A stretch of DNA of 63,462 bases, the filler included, from Saprolegnia diclina VS20 (lineage: Eukaryota), in the NCBI RefSeq assembly GCF_000281045.1. It is 7 parts of 6 records of this genome, joined end to end, with 100 filler letters (N's around TTAATTAATTAA, not from the genome) between each part and the next. Parts side by side here need not be neighbours in the genome. Positions count along the whole stretch, not along the records: positions 20,099 to 36,196 come from NW_008246271.1; 6 more parts are not named here. One strand, 5' to 3'. Positions within the stretch are counted from its first letter, which is position 1; each line of letters begins with the position of its first letter. The notes below the pieces were generated by a model, which saw only the letters and a program-made list of their open reading frames with translations, was not told the origin of the DNA and searched no databases. Shown piece by piece: positions 21,124 through 33,429 of this stretch. Both the position numbers and the translations under genes were made by a program.

Positions 21124-23397
21124 ATGAACTGGATCGGTCTTGGGGTACACCGCGCTACTAGACCGGACGGACTTCACGCAAGATGTACTAGGAGGAGAGC
21201 AAGCTCGCGGCCGCGGCCGCCCACGGCGACGCCGACGTGGTCCTCGCACTGCTGCAAGCCGGTGTGCCGCCGACCGCCAGCAAGCTCGTGCGTCTCGCCC
21301 ATCCCGCTCTGCACAACTCACGCTACGTGACGCTAGGGCTACTCGGCGCTCTTCAACGCGGCGTGGGGCAACAACATCTCGATCGTCGAAGCGCTTCTCG
21401 AGGCCGGCGCGAACCCCGATACGGCGACCTGGGTACGGCGTCCCATCACCCGACCATCATTTCTCATGGTCACTGTGCTAGTTTGGCGTCACGCCGCTGC
21501 TGGTTGCTGTCGGAAAAGGCCATACGCGCATCGTGGAGCTTCTCACCGCCGCCAACGCGGACGTCAACACGACCGACGTGGTACGAGGCGCTACGATCTT
21601 ATCGCATCTCATGTACGATTGTGCGACAGTGGGGTGGCTCGGCCATCTTTCGAGCCGCTGAATGCGGCAACACCGACATGCTCGCGCTGCTCATTGCTGC
21701 CAACGCGCACCTGGACGCGCCGGACAAGGTCTGTCACCCACGGCAGATTGGACGATCGCTCACGTTTCACGCTAGCATGGTCGAACGCCACTGCTCGTCG
21801 CTGTCCTCCATGGCAACAGTGACGTCGTCAAGCTCTTGGTCGACGCCAACGCCGACTGCAACTACCCCACGCGCGTATGTCGGTCCTTGTTGCAGCGTCG
21901 ACGGAGTTTATCAAGGGCGTAGGACGGCATGTCGCCACTGATGCTGGCCTTGTCGGCCGGTCAGCTCGCGATCGCACAGCTCTTGATCGACGCCCAAGCA
22001 AATGTCCACCAGACCAACCTCGTACGATCGTTTTTCCGATTTTTCAACGTTTTTCTGAAATTTGTTTAGGCCGGCGACTCGGTGCTTTTTCAAGCCGTGC
22101 GCTCGGGCAACACGGCGATGGTCGAGCTCGTGGTCGCGGCAGGGGCCAACGTCAACCACGCCAACCGGGTAGCCATTGCGATTGATATCTTGAAACTGTA
22201 TTGATACTATTTGGACTAGGATGGGATCTCGCCGCTCCTTCTCGCCGCTACGCAAGGCTACTCGGCCATTGTCCGCATCTTGCTGGCCGCCAACGCCCAC
22301 GTGCACAGCTGCGACCAGGTAATCGCATCCACTGTTTCGAAACAGAATGTGCCTGAAGACGCGATGTAGCATGGCACGTGTCCTCTGCTCGCAGCGGCCC
22401 ACTTTGGCCACGAAGACATCGTGCAGCAGCTCCTCGAAGCTTCGGCGAGCCCGCATGTGAGCAACAAGGTACTAGCTATTGCGACACGAGCGCCACTCAT
22501 GATTCAAAATGACTAGCTTGGCGAGTCGCCCGTCTACCTCGCTGCCATGCACGGTCGCTCTCGCATCGTCGCTCTCCTCGTACAGTCGCAAGCCGACGTC
22601 AACCAAACAACCAACGTACATCGTTCGCGATTGCTGCGACACGAGGTACTATCTCCTACTATAGCTAGGCTACACGGCACTGCTGCAAGCTGCCGACAAG
22701 GGCGACAGTGAGATCGTGCAGCTGCTTTTGGCCCACGGCGCCGACCCGAACCTGTGCACACCGGTGCGCTCCTGAGCTGTCCAACGACCGACGCTCATCA
22801 ATGTGCTAGCTCGGCGACTCGGCCCTCCTCGCCGCCACCGAAAAGGGCAACGCGCTCATCGTCCAGAGCCTCATGCTTGCTGGCGCGGCCGTGAACCAGT
22901 GCAATCATGTAGCATCCTACACTTGTGATTCGACCCCAGCTCATTTCCGCTCTGTAGGTTGGCTCGGCGCTCACGTATGCTTGCTTCCTCGGCCACGCAG
23001 AGGTCGCCCACTGCCTCGTCGCGGCCGGCGCCGACGTCAACCTCTGCGATGCTGTACGTTCCCACCCACGTAGTCAGAAGGAAGACTCATATATCGTGCA
23101 CTTAGCGTGGCAATCGCCCGATCTTGAAGGCCGTCCAGATGGGCCATGTTGATGTGCTGCTCATTCTCTGGAACGCGGGTGCTAGCGTCGACGACGCGCT
23201 CCTGGTAGACTGCCCGCATGGTGGCGAAGGAAGCTCACAGAAGAGTGTAGGAGACGCTGGTGCGCGTGGCCAAAGCCCGAGGACACAGTCGTGGGCTTCA
23301 GATTCTCGCGCCCGAGGCCGTCGAGGTTGTCGTCAAGTGCTGTGACGAGACGACGCCGCTGGTCGAGTCGGCGGCTCCGCTGGCCGCCATCGCCTAG
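21124..23397 (+). CDS. Ankyrin-repeat protein A (16 exons, 14 repeat exons, 514 aa)
   Basis: Exons 21124-21144 (MNWIGLG), 21192-21287, 21337-21432, 21482-21580, 21630-21728, 21776-21874, 21923-22021, 22070-22168, 22220-22318, 22370-22468, 22517-22615, 22665-22763, 22810-22908, 22958-23053, 23106-23204, 23251-23397. All introns GT-AG, phase 0; repeats fit GxTPLxxAxxxGxxxxVxxLLxxxAxxN. Confidence 0.9.
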
Positions 23398-23713
23398 TGC
23401 ACCATTTCTTTTAATTATAAACAGGATGTCCTGTGTCGATTTAGTCTTCTATAGTCCATGTACTATAACTTGCAACCAGTCGGTTGACAACCCGACGACA
23501 TGCATTGCAGCGACACGATATTCACCACTGTCAAGCGTAAAGCACAAAAACCACACACTCAAACTATTTTTCACGTGTGCAATTCACTAGGCGTTTTTCA
23601 CCACTATCACGTGTGTAACATAAACACACGTAGTTTAACGCACTCCGGCTTCAATTCTCACATGTGGAATTTTCAGAGTGTGAAATGATTTTGCAGCAAT
23701 TCAGCAAAAATAT

Positions 23714-25948
23714 ATGGCGGTCGCCGACTGGGTCGGCCTTGGCGTACGTCGCTCCCGCCTCCGCCGCCGTCGCTCACGCATGGCGCTAGGACGAAGCCAA
23801 GCTCGTCGAAGCAGTCGCATGCGGCGGCGTCAGCACGGTCGCCCTTTTGCTGGAGAAAGGCGTGTCCCCCGATGCGTCCAAACGCGTGCGTCCCAACGAC
23901 TCTGTGCTGCGACGTCATGCCGCCTGCATGCTAGGGCTATTCGGCCTTGTACGTCGCCTTGAAGCGCGAGCAAGCGGCCATCGTCGAGATGCTTCTTACC
24001 GCAGGCGCCAATGTCGACAAGGCGGCGTGGGTACAGCCTCATCCCTTGGTGCACTCCTCTGAGGCTTCACGCCTGCGCGGCTAGTATGGAATTACGCCGC
24101 TGCTGCTATGTGTGCGCCAGCGCAACGCCAAGTTGGTCGAGCGGTTGGTGGCTGCTGGCGCGGACGTCAACAAGCAAGATACGGTATCTCAGTAGCGAGA
24201 GTAGACTTCTGTGGCTTCAACGGGACGCGTAGTGGGGCACGACGCCGCTAGCCCTCGCGGTCGAGGTCAAGAACTACTTCATTGCGCGCACACTGCTGAC
24301 CGCGGGGGCCGACCCCAATACTTGCGACTCGGTATCGACCCTCTTTTGTTGAGCGTCGATGCGAACGAATAGGTAGCGAGGTCGCAGCGCTGTGTGGCTA
24401 GCGGCCAACGCCGGCCTCGACTCGATTCTGCGCCAGCTCTTGGCTGCTGGCGGCGACGTGCATCTCGCCACGAAGGTACCGTATGGGCATCGCTGCTCAT
24501 TTGCTATTGAATGGCTAGCTTGGAACATCCCCGCTCATGGCGGCCGTGTCGGCCAAGCATTATAACACCGTCAGCGTCCTCATCAAAGCGGATGTCAATG
24601 TCAATCAGCAGGATGCGGTGCGATCTCCAATCGAACCTCAATCTCAATGTTAAAGTGTGCAGATGGGACGTACGGCGCTTTTCATGGCCGTACTGGCGGA
24701 ACACAGCGTGCTCGTCACCGCGCTTGTCTCGGCCCGCGCCGATGTCAACCTTGCGGACAAGGTTATACACCTTAGCTGCATGAAACTCATGGTAGTGTTA
24801 TATCTGCGTAGGAGGGATTCACGCCCCTGCACGCGGCTACGACGGTCAAAAATTGCTATTCGATCGCAAAACTGCTGCTCGCAGCGGGTGCTGACATCAA
24901 CCTCACCACGAATGAGGTGTGTTGATTTCAATAACCTCGGCCTTCGGCATCGAACCCTGGACTAGGTGGGCCAGTCGGCGCTTCTGATGGCAGCCAAAGG
25001 CAACCAAACAGCGCTCATCCAGCTCTTCGTCAACTCCGACGCCATGCTCGACAGCAAGGATAAGGTAGCCAAAGTTGGTCTTCGAGAGGCGCTCACATCG
25101 TCGTAGCTGGAAGTGTTTCCGCTCTTTGCAGCGACCAAGCACCGCAACACCGCGATGGTCGAGCTTCTTTTGGCCAAAGGGGCCAACCCGAACCACACCA
25201 TGATCGTACATTGTGTGTCTCGTACCACATCCATCACTAGATATGTTTTTGACTAGAACGACGTGTCGCCTCTGTACTATGCAGCGTACTACGGCTATAG
25301 CGATGTCGTGCGGCAGCTCACGGCGGCCGGCGCGAATCCCAACACGGCGACCGCTGTAGGACTCTATCAAGTTGATATTTTTGCATCATATGCGTGCAGG
25401 CACACGATACGCCGCTGTTGGCGGCGGCGCGGCACGGACACACACTCACGGTGGACTATCTACTGCAAGCCAACGCTGCTGTCAACTGTTATAACGCGGT
25501 AACAGATTGTCACGCAGACGATGACCGTTGATATAACTACATTGACTAGAGCGGTATGACGGCGTTGATGTTTGCAGCCCGAGGCGGCCATACGGACATT
25601 GTCAAGCTGCTGCTCTCGGCCAATGCCGCTGTCTACAAGCACGACGTCGTATGTCCCTCGCACACTACGTTTGCTAAAACTTATTTGCTCTGTAGTACGC
25701 CGAGTCGGCGCTCTTGAAAGCGACGCGGAAGGGACACGCCGAAATCGCTAGCCTCTTGGCGGCTGCAGAAGCCGGTTGCGTCGAGGCCGTACCGACTATC
25801 AACTGTTTGTATCAACTTCTCAAGCCCCGCGTAGGCCTCGACCGAACCAGAAACTGGAGACTTTGCGCCGAGTAAAACGTTGCACGTGCAATGCCGCTTG
25901 CTGCATTGGATGACGCACATTGCGATAACTGTGGTAAATCGCTACTAA
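23714..25948 (+). CDS. Ankyrin-repeat protein B (14 repeat exons; stop at 25948, or 25875 if the last intron is not used)
   Basis: Exons 23714-23743 (MAVADWVGLG), 23790-23885, 23935-24030, 24085-24183, 24233-24331, 24377-24475, 24519-24617, 24663-24761, 24812-24916, 24966-25064, 25107-25205, 25257-25355, 25400-25498, 25550-25648, 25696-25788, 25835-25948. Confidence 0.85.
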
Positions 25949-26961
25949 TATACTAGTAGTTGATAGCACTTTGGCTGGAGAACAGAATTTCAGCGACTTC
26001 TGCAAGCATCGCCACCCAACCGGTTTATAGGTCGCTCCAAGATGCCAGTTGATGGCTGCTCTGCTGCCAACACGCCGCCGTCGCAGAACAAGCGCAAATA
26101 AACAGTGGATGTTTCGGGTACATGGTGTAGCTCCTCACTCGCATCACCTCGTGCGCGAATAGCACGGGAGTTTGGCAGTTGAGAATCACACCTTCTTTTG
26201 TCCCAGCTCGTGTGCTGTTGTCCGAACTTTGTCTGTTGAGGCATGACAAGAAGGGACAGAATTTTGAGCGCAGCGCGATCTTGCAGCTCCTCCTTCTTCC
26301 AAGGTTGCCGGTATCGTAGATCGACACGGACCAGTCGTTCAGAAGGGGCAAGGCCCGGACGCTGGGTAGCTCGACTGGGTACTCGGAGAATTCCGGCTCC
26401 TCCCATGGTTTTGGCTTGCAACACAATACACAGCAGCACGGCGTCTCGACACTCGACACTGCGTCCACAGCTTCTGTCTGCTGGCACCTCGCCACTCTAC
26501 AGTCCGTACAGTACTGTAGCTGTCGGAGACAGCATCGCGATCTGACGCGAGATGACCTTTTCTCAAGCTTGGTCAAAGTGCAACGTGGGGCCACCAGGAA
26601 ATTTCACGAGCATCTCACCGGCCCCGTTCTTTGCACATACTGCGCATGCTACCAACGCGCGACCCGCAAGCCAGCGTCGGCGCGCCAGCGTGACTCGCGC
26701 CGCCCTCCGGGGTGGCTGGTCCAAACTCATTTATTTCAAATTTTAAGACCAACCCGACGCGCTGTCGACGCCATCGACGCAGCAAGGACGATGCACGGCG
26801 GACCAGGTATGAGGATGAGTACGAGTGCTGCCGGTTGTGCAGCGGCAGCTTGTGGCAGCTCCTGATCACAGTCTGGACTTTAACGCGTGTGCGTTAAATG
26901 TGTTTAATCATCAAACCATCATTCTGCATGTCCCAAACACCCATTTGCGAATTTGCGTGGC

Positions 26962-29231
26962 ATGGCGATTGCCGACCTCTTTGGGCTTGGGGTATGGCAA
27001 CCACCCGAGATGCATCGGTGCGACGCGAGCGTAGGACGAGAGCAAGCTCGCGAAAGCGGCTGGCCACGGTGACGCCGCCACGGTCTCGGCGCTGCTCAAG
27101 CAAGGCGTGAGTCCCAACGCCACCAAGCTCGTACGTCGTCGTCGCAGCGCTTGCGATCTTGTCGGCTCAAAATATGTATCTTTGCTAGGGCTACCCCGCG
27201 CTCTTCAGCGCCGCATGGGGCAACAGTCTCGCGATCGTCGAGATGCTCGTCGAAGCCGGCGCCAACGTCAACCAGCGCGCCTGGGTACGGCAGCCAACGG
27301 CTCTCGCCATCGCCTGATGCACGCTTCCTGCTACGTAGTTTGGCACGACGCCGCTTCTCGTGGCCACTGGCAAAGGCCACGTACGCATTGTCCAAGTTCT
27401 TATTGCGGCCAACGCCTTTCTCAATAAGCGCGACAAGGTGCGATTCGGACGGTATTTTTGGCGTAACCATACCTGGCACTGTTAGTGGGGCGGCACGGCG
27501 CTCTTCCTCGCGGCCGAGCGCGGCAGCCTCGAGATGACGTCGCTGCTTATCGCGGCCAATGCCAATCTCAACAAATCCGACCACGTAGATTTGAGTTGAA
27601 GTTGGAGTTGAACGATGATCGTGTTGTCTAGTATGGCCGGTCGCCGACGTTGATTGCGGCGCAGCACGGACACACGGACGTCGTCGACGCGCTCGTCAAT
27701 GCCCACGCCGACTACGACAAGCCCAACCGAGTACGCACACTATCTCTATTGAAAGATATATAGATTGATACATCTTATCGTAGCACGGCGAGTCGCCGCT
27801 CATGGTGGCCGCGCTGGCCAACCACGTCGACACGGTAGTGCTCTTGCTCAACACGGGCGCGGACGTCAACCAATGCAACCGGGTACGCATGACAATAGTG
27901 TCGTCGAACGAGGTCGCATGCTGGCACTAGCACGGCGAGTCGATTCTGCTGCAAGCCGCTGGGAAAGGCCATCTCGTGGTCGTGGACCTCTTGCTGCGTG
28001 TCGGCGCCGCCATCGACACGCGCAGTCTTGTACGTGATCTGGTTGGATCTCGGTGACGACGTCGCATCATGCGGTTAGAACGGCAGCTCGGCGCTTTTGG
28101 TGGCGATCGCGGAGGGCCATGTCGATGTCGTTCACCTCCTCGTGGACGCCGGCGCCGACGTCAACCAGTGCGACCAGGTTTGAATCAACCGAATGGAGCT
28201 GTACAACAACGTGATCGTAGAACGGCATGTCTCCGCTGCTGCTGGCCACGTACCATGGGCAGCTTGAACTGGCCCTCGCCCTCATCAACGCCAGTGCCGA
28301 CCCGCACAAGACCAACAACGTACGTTGCACTCGGTCGGTTTGCAGCTTGGACGCGTTATTTGCTTAGCTGGGCTCGTTTCCGCTGCTGGCTGCCGTGTCC
28401 CAGGGCCACCACGGACTCGTCGACCTCTTGTTACACTCGCCCGTCAACGTCAACCAAGCCACAACCGTATGCTCCGTCGATTTGGCTCCCAAGGCTCAAG
28501 ATCTATCTTGTAGGCAGGACACACGCCGCTCATGCGTGCTGCCGACCTCGGCCACCTCGCGATTGTGCAGCTGCTAGTTGCCGCCGACGCCGACACCAAC
28601 TTGGAGAGCTTGGTGCGTGCATTGGACGCGATCGACAACAAACCTCGTTCTATCTCATAGACGGGCGACACGGCGCTCATTTTTGCAGCCTTCCGCGGCC
28701 AGTTTGAAATGGCCCAGCACCTCGTGGCGGCCCAAGCCAACATCAACCACTGCAACAAGGTAGCTCGAACCAACTATAAATTGTCGTATCTCACATGCAA
28801 CTAGGTGGGCGTGTCGGCCGTGAGCCTCGCGGCCGCTGGTGGTCATGTCAACATTGTCCATTTGCTCATTGCAGCAAACGCCGATATCAACAAGTGCGAC
28901 TGCGTACGTCCCCAACCCCCACTAGTAAGGCAGATTGACTAACGGTGGCTGCTTGCAGAGGGGCGAGACGCCGATCTTTAAGGCTGCCAGGAATGGCCAC
29001 GCGCAGGTTGTCGAGCTCCTGTTCATGGCGGGAGCTCAGATCCATCAGCCAGACGAGGTACTTCACACAACTATGGGCGACGCGGGGGTTGACGCGGGGT
29101 AGGTGAATCCGCTGGCTGTGGCGCGGCGACGGGGCCACCGTCATATTGTACAGCTGCTGGAGGTGACGCCGATGGCCATTCCTCTCGTATCAATCACATT
29201 GCCGACCGAGTCGACGCCGCTCGCTGTCTAG
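26962..29231 (+). CDS. Ankyrin-repeat protein C (16 exons, 14 repeat exons, 512 aa)
   Basis: Exons 26962-26991 (MAIADLFGLG), 27035-27130, 27189-27284, then twelve 99-nt exons starting 27339, 27486, 27632, 27784, 27931, 28079, 28221, 28368, 28514, 28661, 28805, 28959, and 29103-29231. INR/FPR CCCATTTGCGAATTTGC at 26940. Confidence 0.9.
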
Positions 29232-30135
29232 CGACCAAGTATGTTAATTTAAGCGTGTTGTGTTTAAACGCCTGCGTTAAACGACCGCTGACAGGATGAG
29301 TTGTTGCTCATGGGTTGTGGGGATTGCAATCTGGTTCGCTGATCGCGGTCGACGAGCCAAAGCGCACCCAACGAGCGCGGGCTTGCCGGCGCCAACTGCA
29401 TGATCGTCTTGACTCTTTGCTGGCGACTGCGATGTAGCTACTCGGTGAACCCCGATTCGCACCCAGAGCACACTCGAGTCGCGAAAGCACTTGGTAAACT
29501 GCCACGTTGATATCCTGAACCCTGAATATAAAAATACAAAATTGCAATTATCTCAATTTTCGAGACTTTCCGGTCGCGTCAACCATGTTGCACGCAGGTT
29601 CTTGGGAACTCTGCGCTTATGTTTATCGTTGGTACGAGTGCTATAAGTATAAATGGTAGCACCAACGCACTCCATCGCATCGTCCTTGGCACGAGGCAGC
29701 AGACTGGACCGCCGACAGGCGGGAATTGTTGGATTTTTCCGATTTTCTCGAAATATCTTGCTCGCTCGACGTGATTGGCTAAAACAGACCAATCCAACGC
29801 AGGGTGCGTTTGGTCTAGCCAATCAACAGGCGGTGCTTCAAGTTGCCATCAGCTTTCAGCGCTGAATTACGTGTCTTTGGGTCGTCCATGGACAAGACGC
29901 TAAGATCTGGTTCCACGGCCGCCATCGTGCCACTCGGTACCCGGTATTGAAGACGCTGGCGACGTGTGCGTGCGACTGTACCCGATCAAAGGTACAGTCC
30001 TCCACGGCCCGTCCCACGACCAAGTGCCCAGCGTCCATCACTGGCGCGCCGCGTCACTTGCACCCATGAGAAAGGTGCAGTTGCACTTGTACGTCACCGG
30101 CGCAGGTCATTTCCAAACACTTGCTGCCACCAAAC

Positions 30136-32893
30136 ATGGGCGTGCGCGACTGGTTTGGCCTCGGGGTGCGCACAGCCGCATTCACCGACCGACTCATGCC
30201 CTATAGGACGAGAGCAAGCTCGCGCAAGCGGCCGGCGCCGGCGACCTCTCGCTCGTGACGTCGCTCCTCGCGACAGGTGTGAACGCCAACGGCATTTGCC
30301 TCGTACGAGCACTTCTTCCACGCAGCGCTCAGCGACTGGCGGTGTAGGGCGTACCAGCGCTGTACAAGGCAGTCGTCGCCAATCACGCTGCGATCGCCCG
30401 GCTTCTCGTTGAAGCAGGCGCGAACCCGGATTCGCCGACGTGGGTGCGTCCTGTCGCGCGCGTCGACTTTGCGCTTACCAAATTGCGTAGACCAAAGCAG
30501 TCCCTTTGGTAGCCGCCGTCATCCGTGGCCACACGAGCTGCGCCGCGCTACTCATCGAAGCTGGCGCGAGTCTTGATGTGCTCGATCGGGTAACTCCGTC
30601 CACACCGATCGTCTCGTTTGAATGTATGTCATTTCGTAGCGTGGCGACTCGCCGCTGTACATTGCTGCTGACGGCGGCTACGCCGACATTGTGCGACTTC
30701 TTGTTTTGGGACACGCCAACGTCAACCTCTGCAACGCGGTAGCCAGCGATCGAGTCTCTCCATTCGCTTACGTGGGAGCGTAGACGGGGCAGTCGCCGCT
30801 CTTTACTGCGGCCTTGCACGGCTACACGGCGATCGTTCAAGATCTATTGGCGGCCGACGCCAACTACGACTGCGCCAACCAGGTAGCGCTCTAAGTCTTA
30901 TGCTCGTACTTATAACAGCCATGTAGCTAGGGCAGACACCGCTGCTGGCGGCAGCGATGGCCGGGCGGAAGGAGGTTGTTGCACTGCTACTCTTGGCTGG
31001 CGCCAAGATCGACCACTGCAACGACGTACGCTGGCCATCGCGTCGTCGCACTCGCCGAGCCGTTGTCTTATGATTAGTTTGGGCACTCGGCTGTGTTTCT
31101 CGCCGTGTACAAGGGCCATGTCGATGTGGTCGCCCAACTTGTGGCCGCCAGTGCCAACGTCAACCTCGCCAACGACGTACGTTGTCCTGTGCTTTGCAGA
31201 CCAGAAACGGCGGATCCTTAAGTACGGGGCCTTCTATAGGAAGGCTGCACGCCGCTCTTCATTGCCGCCAAGCGCGGGCTGCGCGACGCCGTCAAGCTGC
31301 TGCTGGACGCGGGGGCGAGTACGCACCTCAGCGACAAGGTGGCAGAGATCGTGCTGCGAACATTCTTTTGGTGCTAACAGCAAGTGGCGTAGAGTCAAAA
31401 TACTCCGCTGCTCATGGCGGCCAACGGCGGGTACACGGAGATCGTCTCGCTCTTGATCGCGGCCAAGGCCGACGTCAACCAGCCCAATCAGGTTGATGTT
31501 GAATAATGCTAGGGCTAGGGTTCTCATTTCAACGGTAGAGCAAGGATACCCCGCTGATTTGGGCCGCCGACCGGGGCCACGCCCCCGTCGTGCAGTGTCT
31601 CTTGGCCGCCAAGGTGAACGCCAACCATTGCAACACGGTTCGTACTTCTATAGTGAGCCTACGCGCATACAGAATGGCCCTAGGCAGGTCGGTCGGCACT
31701 GCTGGTCGCTGCGCGGGGTGGCCACGTCCCCGTGGTGGAGCTGCTTCTCGTCGTGACAGCTGACATCAACAAAGCCGATATCGTGCGCCAAATATCGATG
31801 TATTCGCGACGAAACCAAACGCTATAGAACGGAGAAACGGCCATCTACACCGCTGCCCGACGGGGCCACGTTGCTGTTGTCAAGCTGCTCGTGGCCGCCG
31901 GCGCCAACACGCACCTCCCCGACAAGGTACGATTCGTTAATTCCTAGCCCATGTACGAAAATATTGTAGGTGAATCCGCTGACGATTGCGCGTCAGAACG
32001 GCCACCACACGACGGTGCGCGCCCTTCTCACAGCTCAGAAAGTATAGCTGAATCAAATGAGCGCACACTCACACCAGAGCCTAGGCGCAACTGAGTGCGC
32101 TCAAACCGCCCGTACTGTGCTTGGTCAAGCTCGGTCGCGGCCGGTACGGGGACGTGTGGAAGAGCTCGTACCTCGGCCACACGGTCGCCATCAAGACCAT
32201 GTACCCGAGTAACGACGCCGCCTTTCTCAGTACTTTGGACCGCGCGCAGCAGTAGGTTTCTTCGATGTTTGGCAGCGCCTCACTGAGAGGTGTAGGCTCG
32301 ACTGTCCACACCTTGCGCGGTATCACGGCATCGTTCACTCGGCAAACGGCACACACCGCGTCGCGATCGAGTACGTTGATGGCGGCAGCGTTCGCGACTA
32401 CCTCGTCAAGCTCCAGCGACGCGAGCGCACGTCCACCTCGACAGTTGCCGTGGCGGTCGCCGCAGCACGAGGCCTTGCCGCCTTGCACACCGCTGGTCTC
32501 GAGCACGGTCGCTTCACAGCATCCAACATTTTTCTCTCGACGACGGCGGTGGCCAAGCTCACCGACTACTGCTTGGACGACGCTTCCCTCTGGGCGCGCA
32601 CGTCGGCGCCCGAAGTCCTCGCCGGCAGTAGCCCGACGTCGGCGGCGGATATCTACGCTTTCGGGCTTTTCTTGGTGGAGATGGAGACGCGCCAAGCGCC
32701 GTTTCCAGAGCTGCATGACATCGACGTCATGGCGGGCGTCAAGCAAGGTACATTGCAGCCCCAATGCTCTGCGTCCTGCGCCCCATGGTACCGCAACCTC
32801 GTGCTAGCGTGCGTGCAAATAGACCCTAAACGCCGACCGACCGCCGCCGATGTCCTTCAGTGTCTAGAGTCCAATGCCAAGTTAGCAATGTAA
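30136..32893 (+). CDS. Ankyrin-repeat + TKL-like pseudokinase D (16 exons, 12 repeat exons, 682 aa)
   Basis: Exons 30136-30165 (MGVRDWFGLG), 30207-30302, 30348-30443, ten 99-nt exons (30491, 30640, 30784, 30927, 31078, 31240, 31393, 31539, 31684, 31828), 31970-32041, 32085-32251 (LGRGRYGDVW, VAIK), 32296-32893 (HGRFTASN, KLTDYC, APE, DIYAFG). Confidence 0.88.
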
Positions 32894-33429
32894 TCGATAG
32901 ACATGCTTTGTTGGCGCAAACGCCGTATGAAGGCCGCGACTCGGACTGTGCACACACCAAGAAGGAACGCGGCGCTTCCTGAACCATGTGTTAGAGCGTA
33001 CGAACTCAAGCGCCCTTGACTCGAGTTGACGCAAACAAACAGCTAGGAAAACGAAAACTACGCGGGTTTAGGGTTTGTATGAAGACGTCTGCAGACTTCA
33101 ACCTCGACTATCGTGGTGCTTTCTACCCTTATTCATTGCCAGGCCCAAGCCCCTCTAGAGTCTAGCACCACGAGACAAGTACTCCACGTTTGGGTGTCAT
33201 CTTCACTGATCAATCAGATGCCAAATGACACGCTTTCCGAAGATCTGGCGAGTGTTGATCCACCGGCTATCCTCCAAACCGGTTGCGTTGTCGCTTCAAC
33301 CGAGGTGTGCGAAACCGGTTTGCACTTGACAATCGTGGAGCCTTGATGCCCAAAATCCCGTCCGCGCCCGCGAAGCCGCAGCAATGCGAAAGCAACGGCG
33401 TACGGTACGACAAGATCTTAGTCGCGTAG

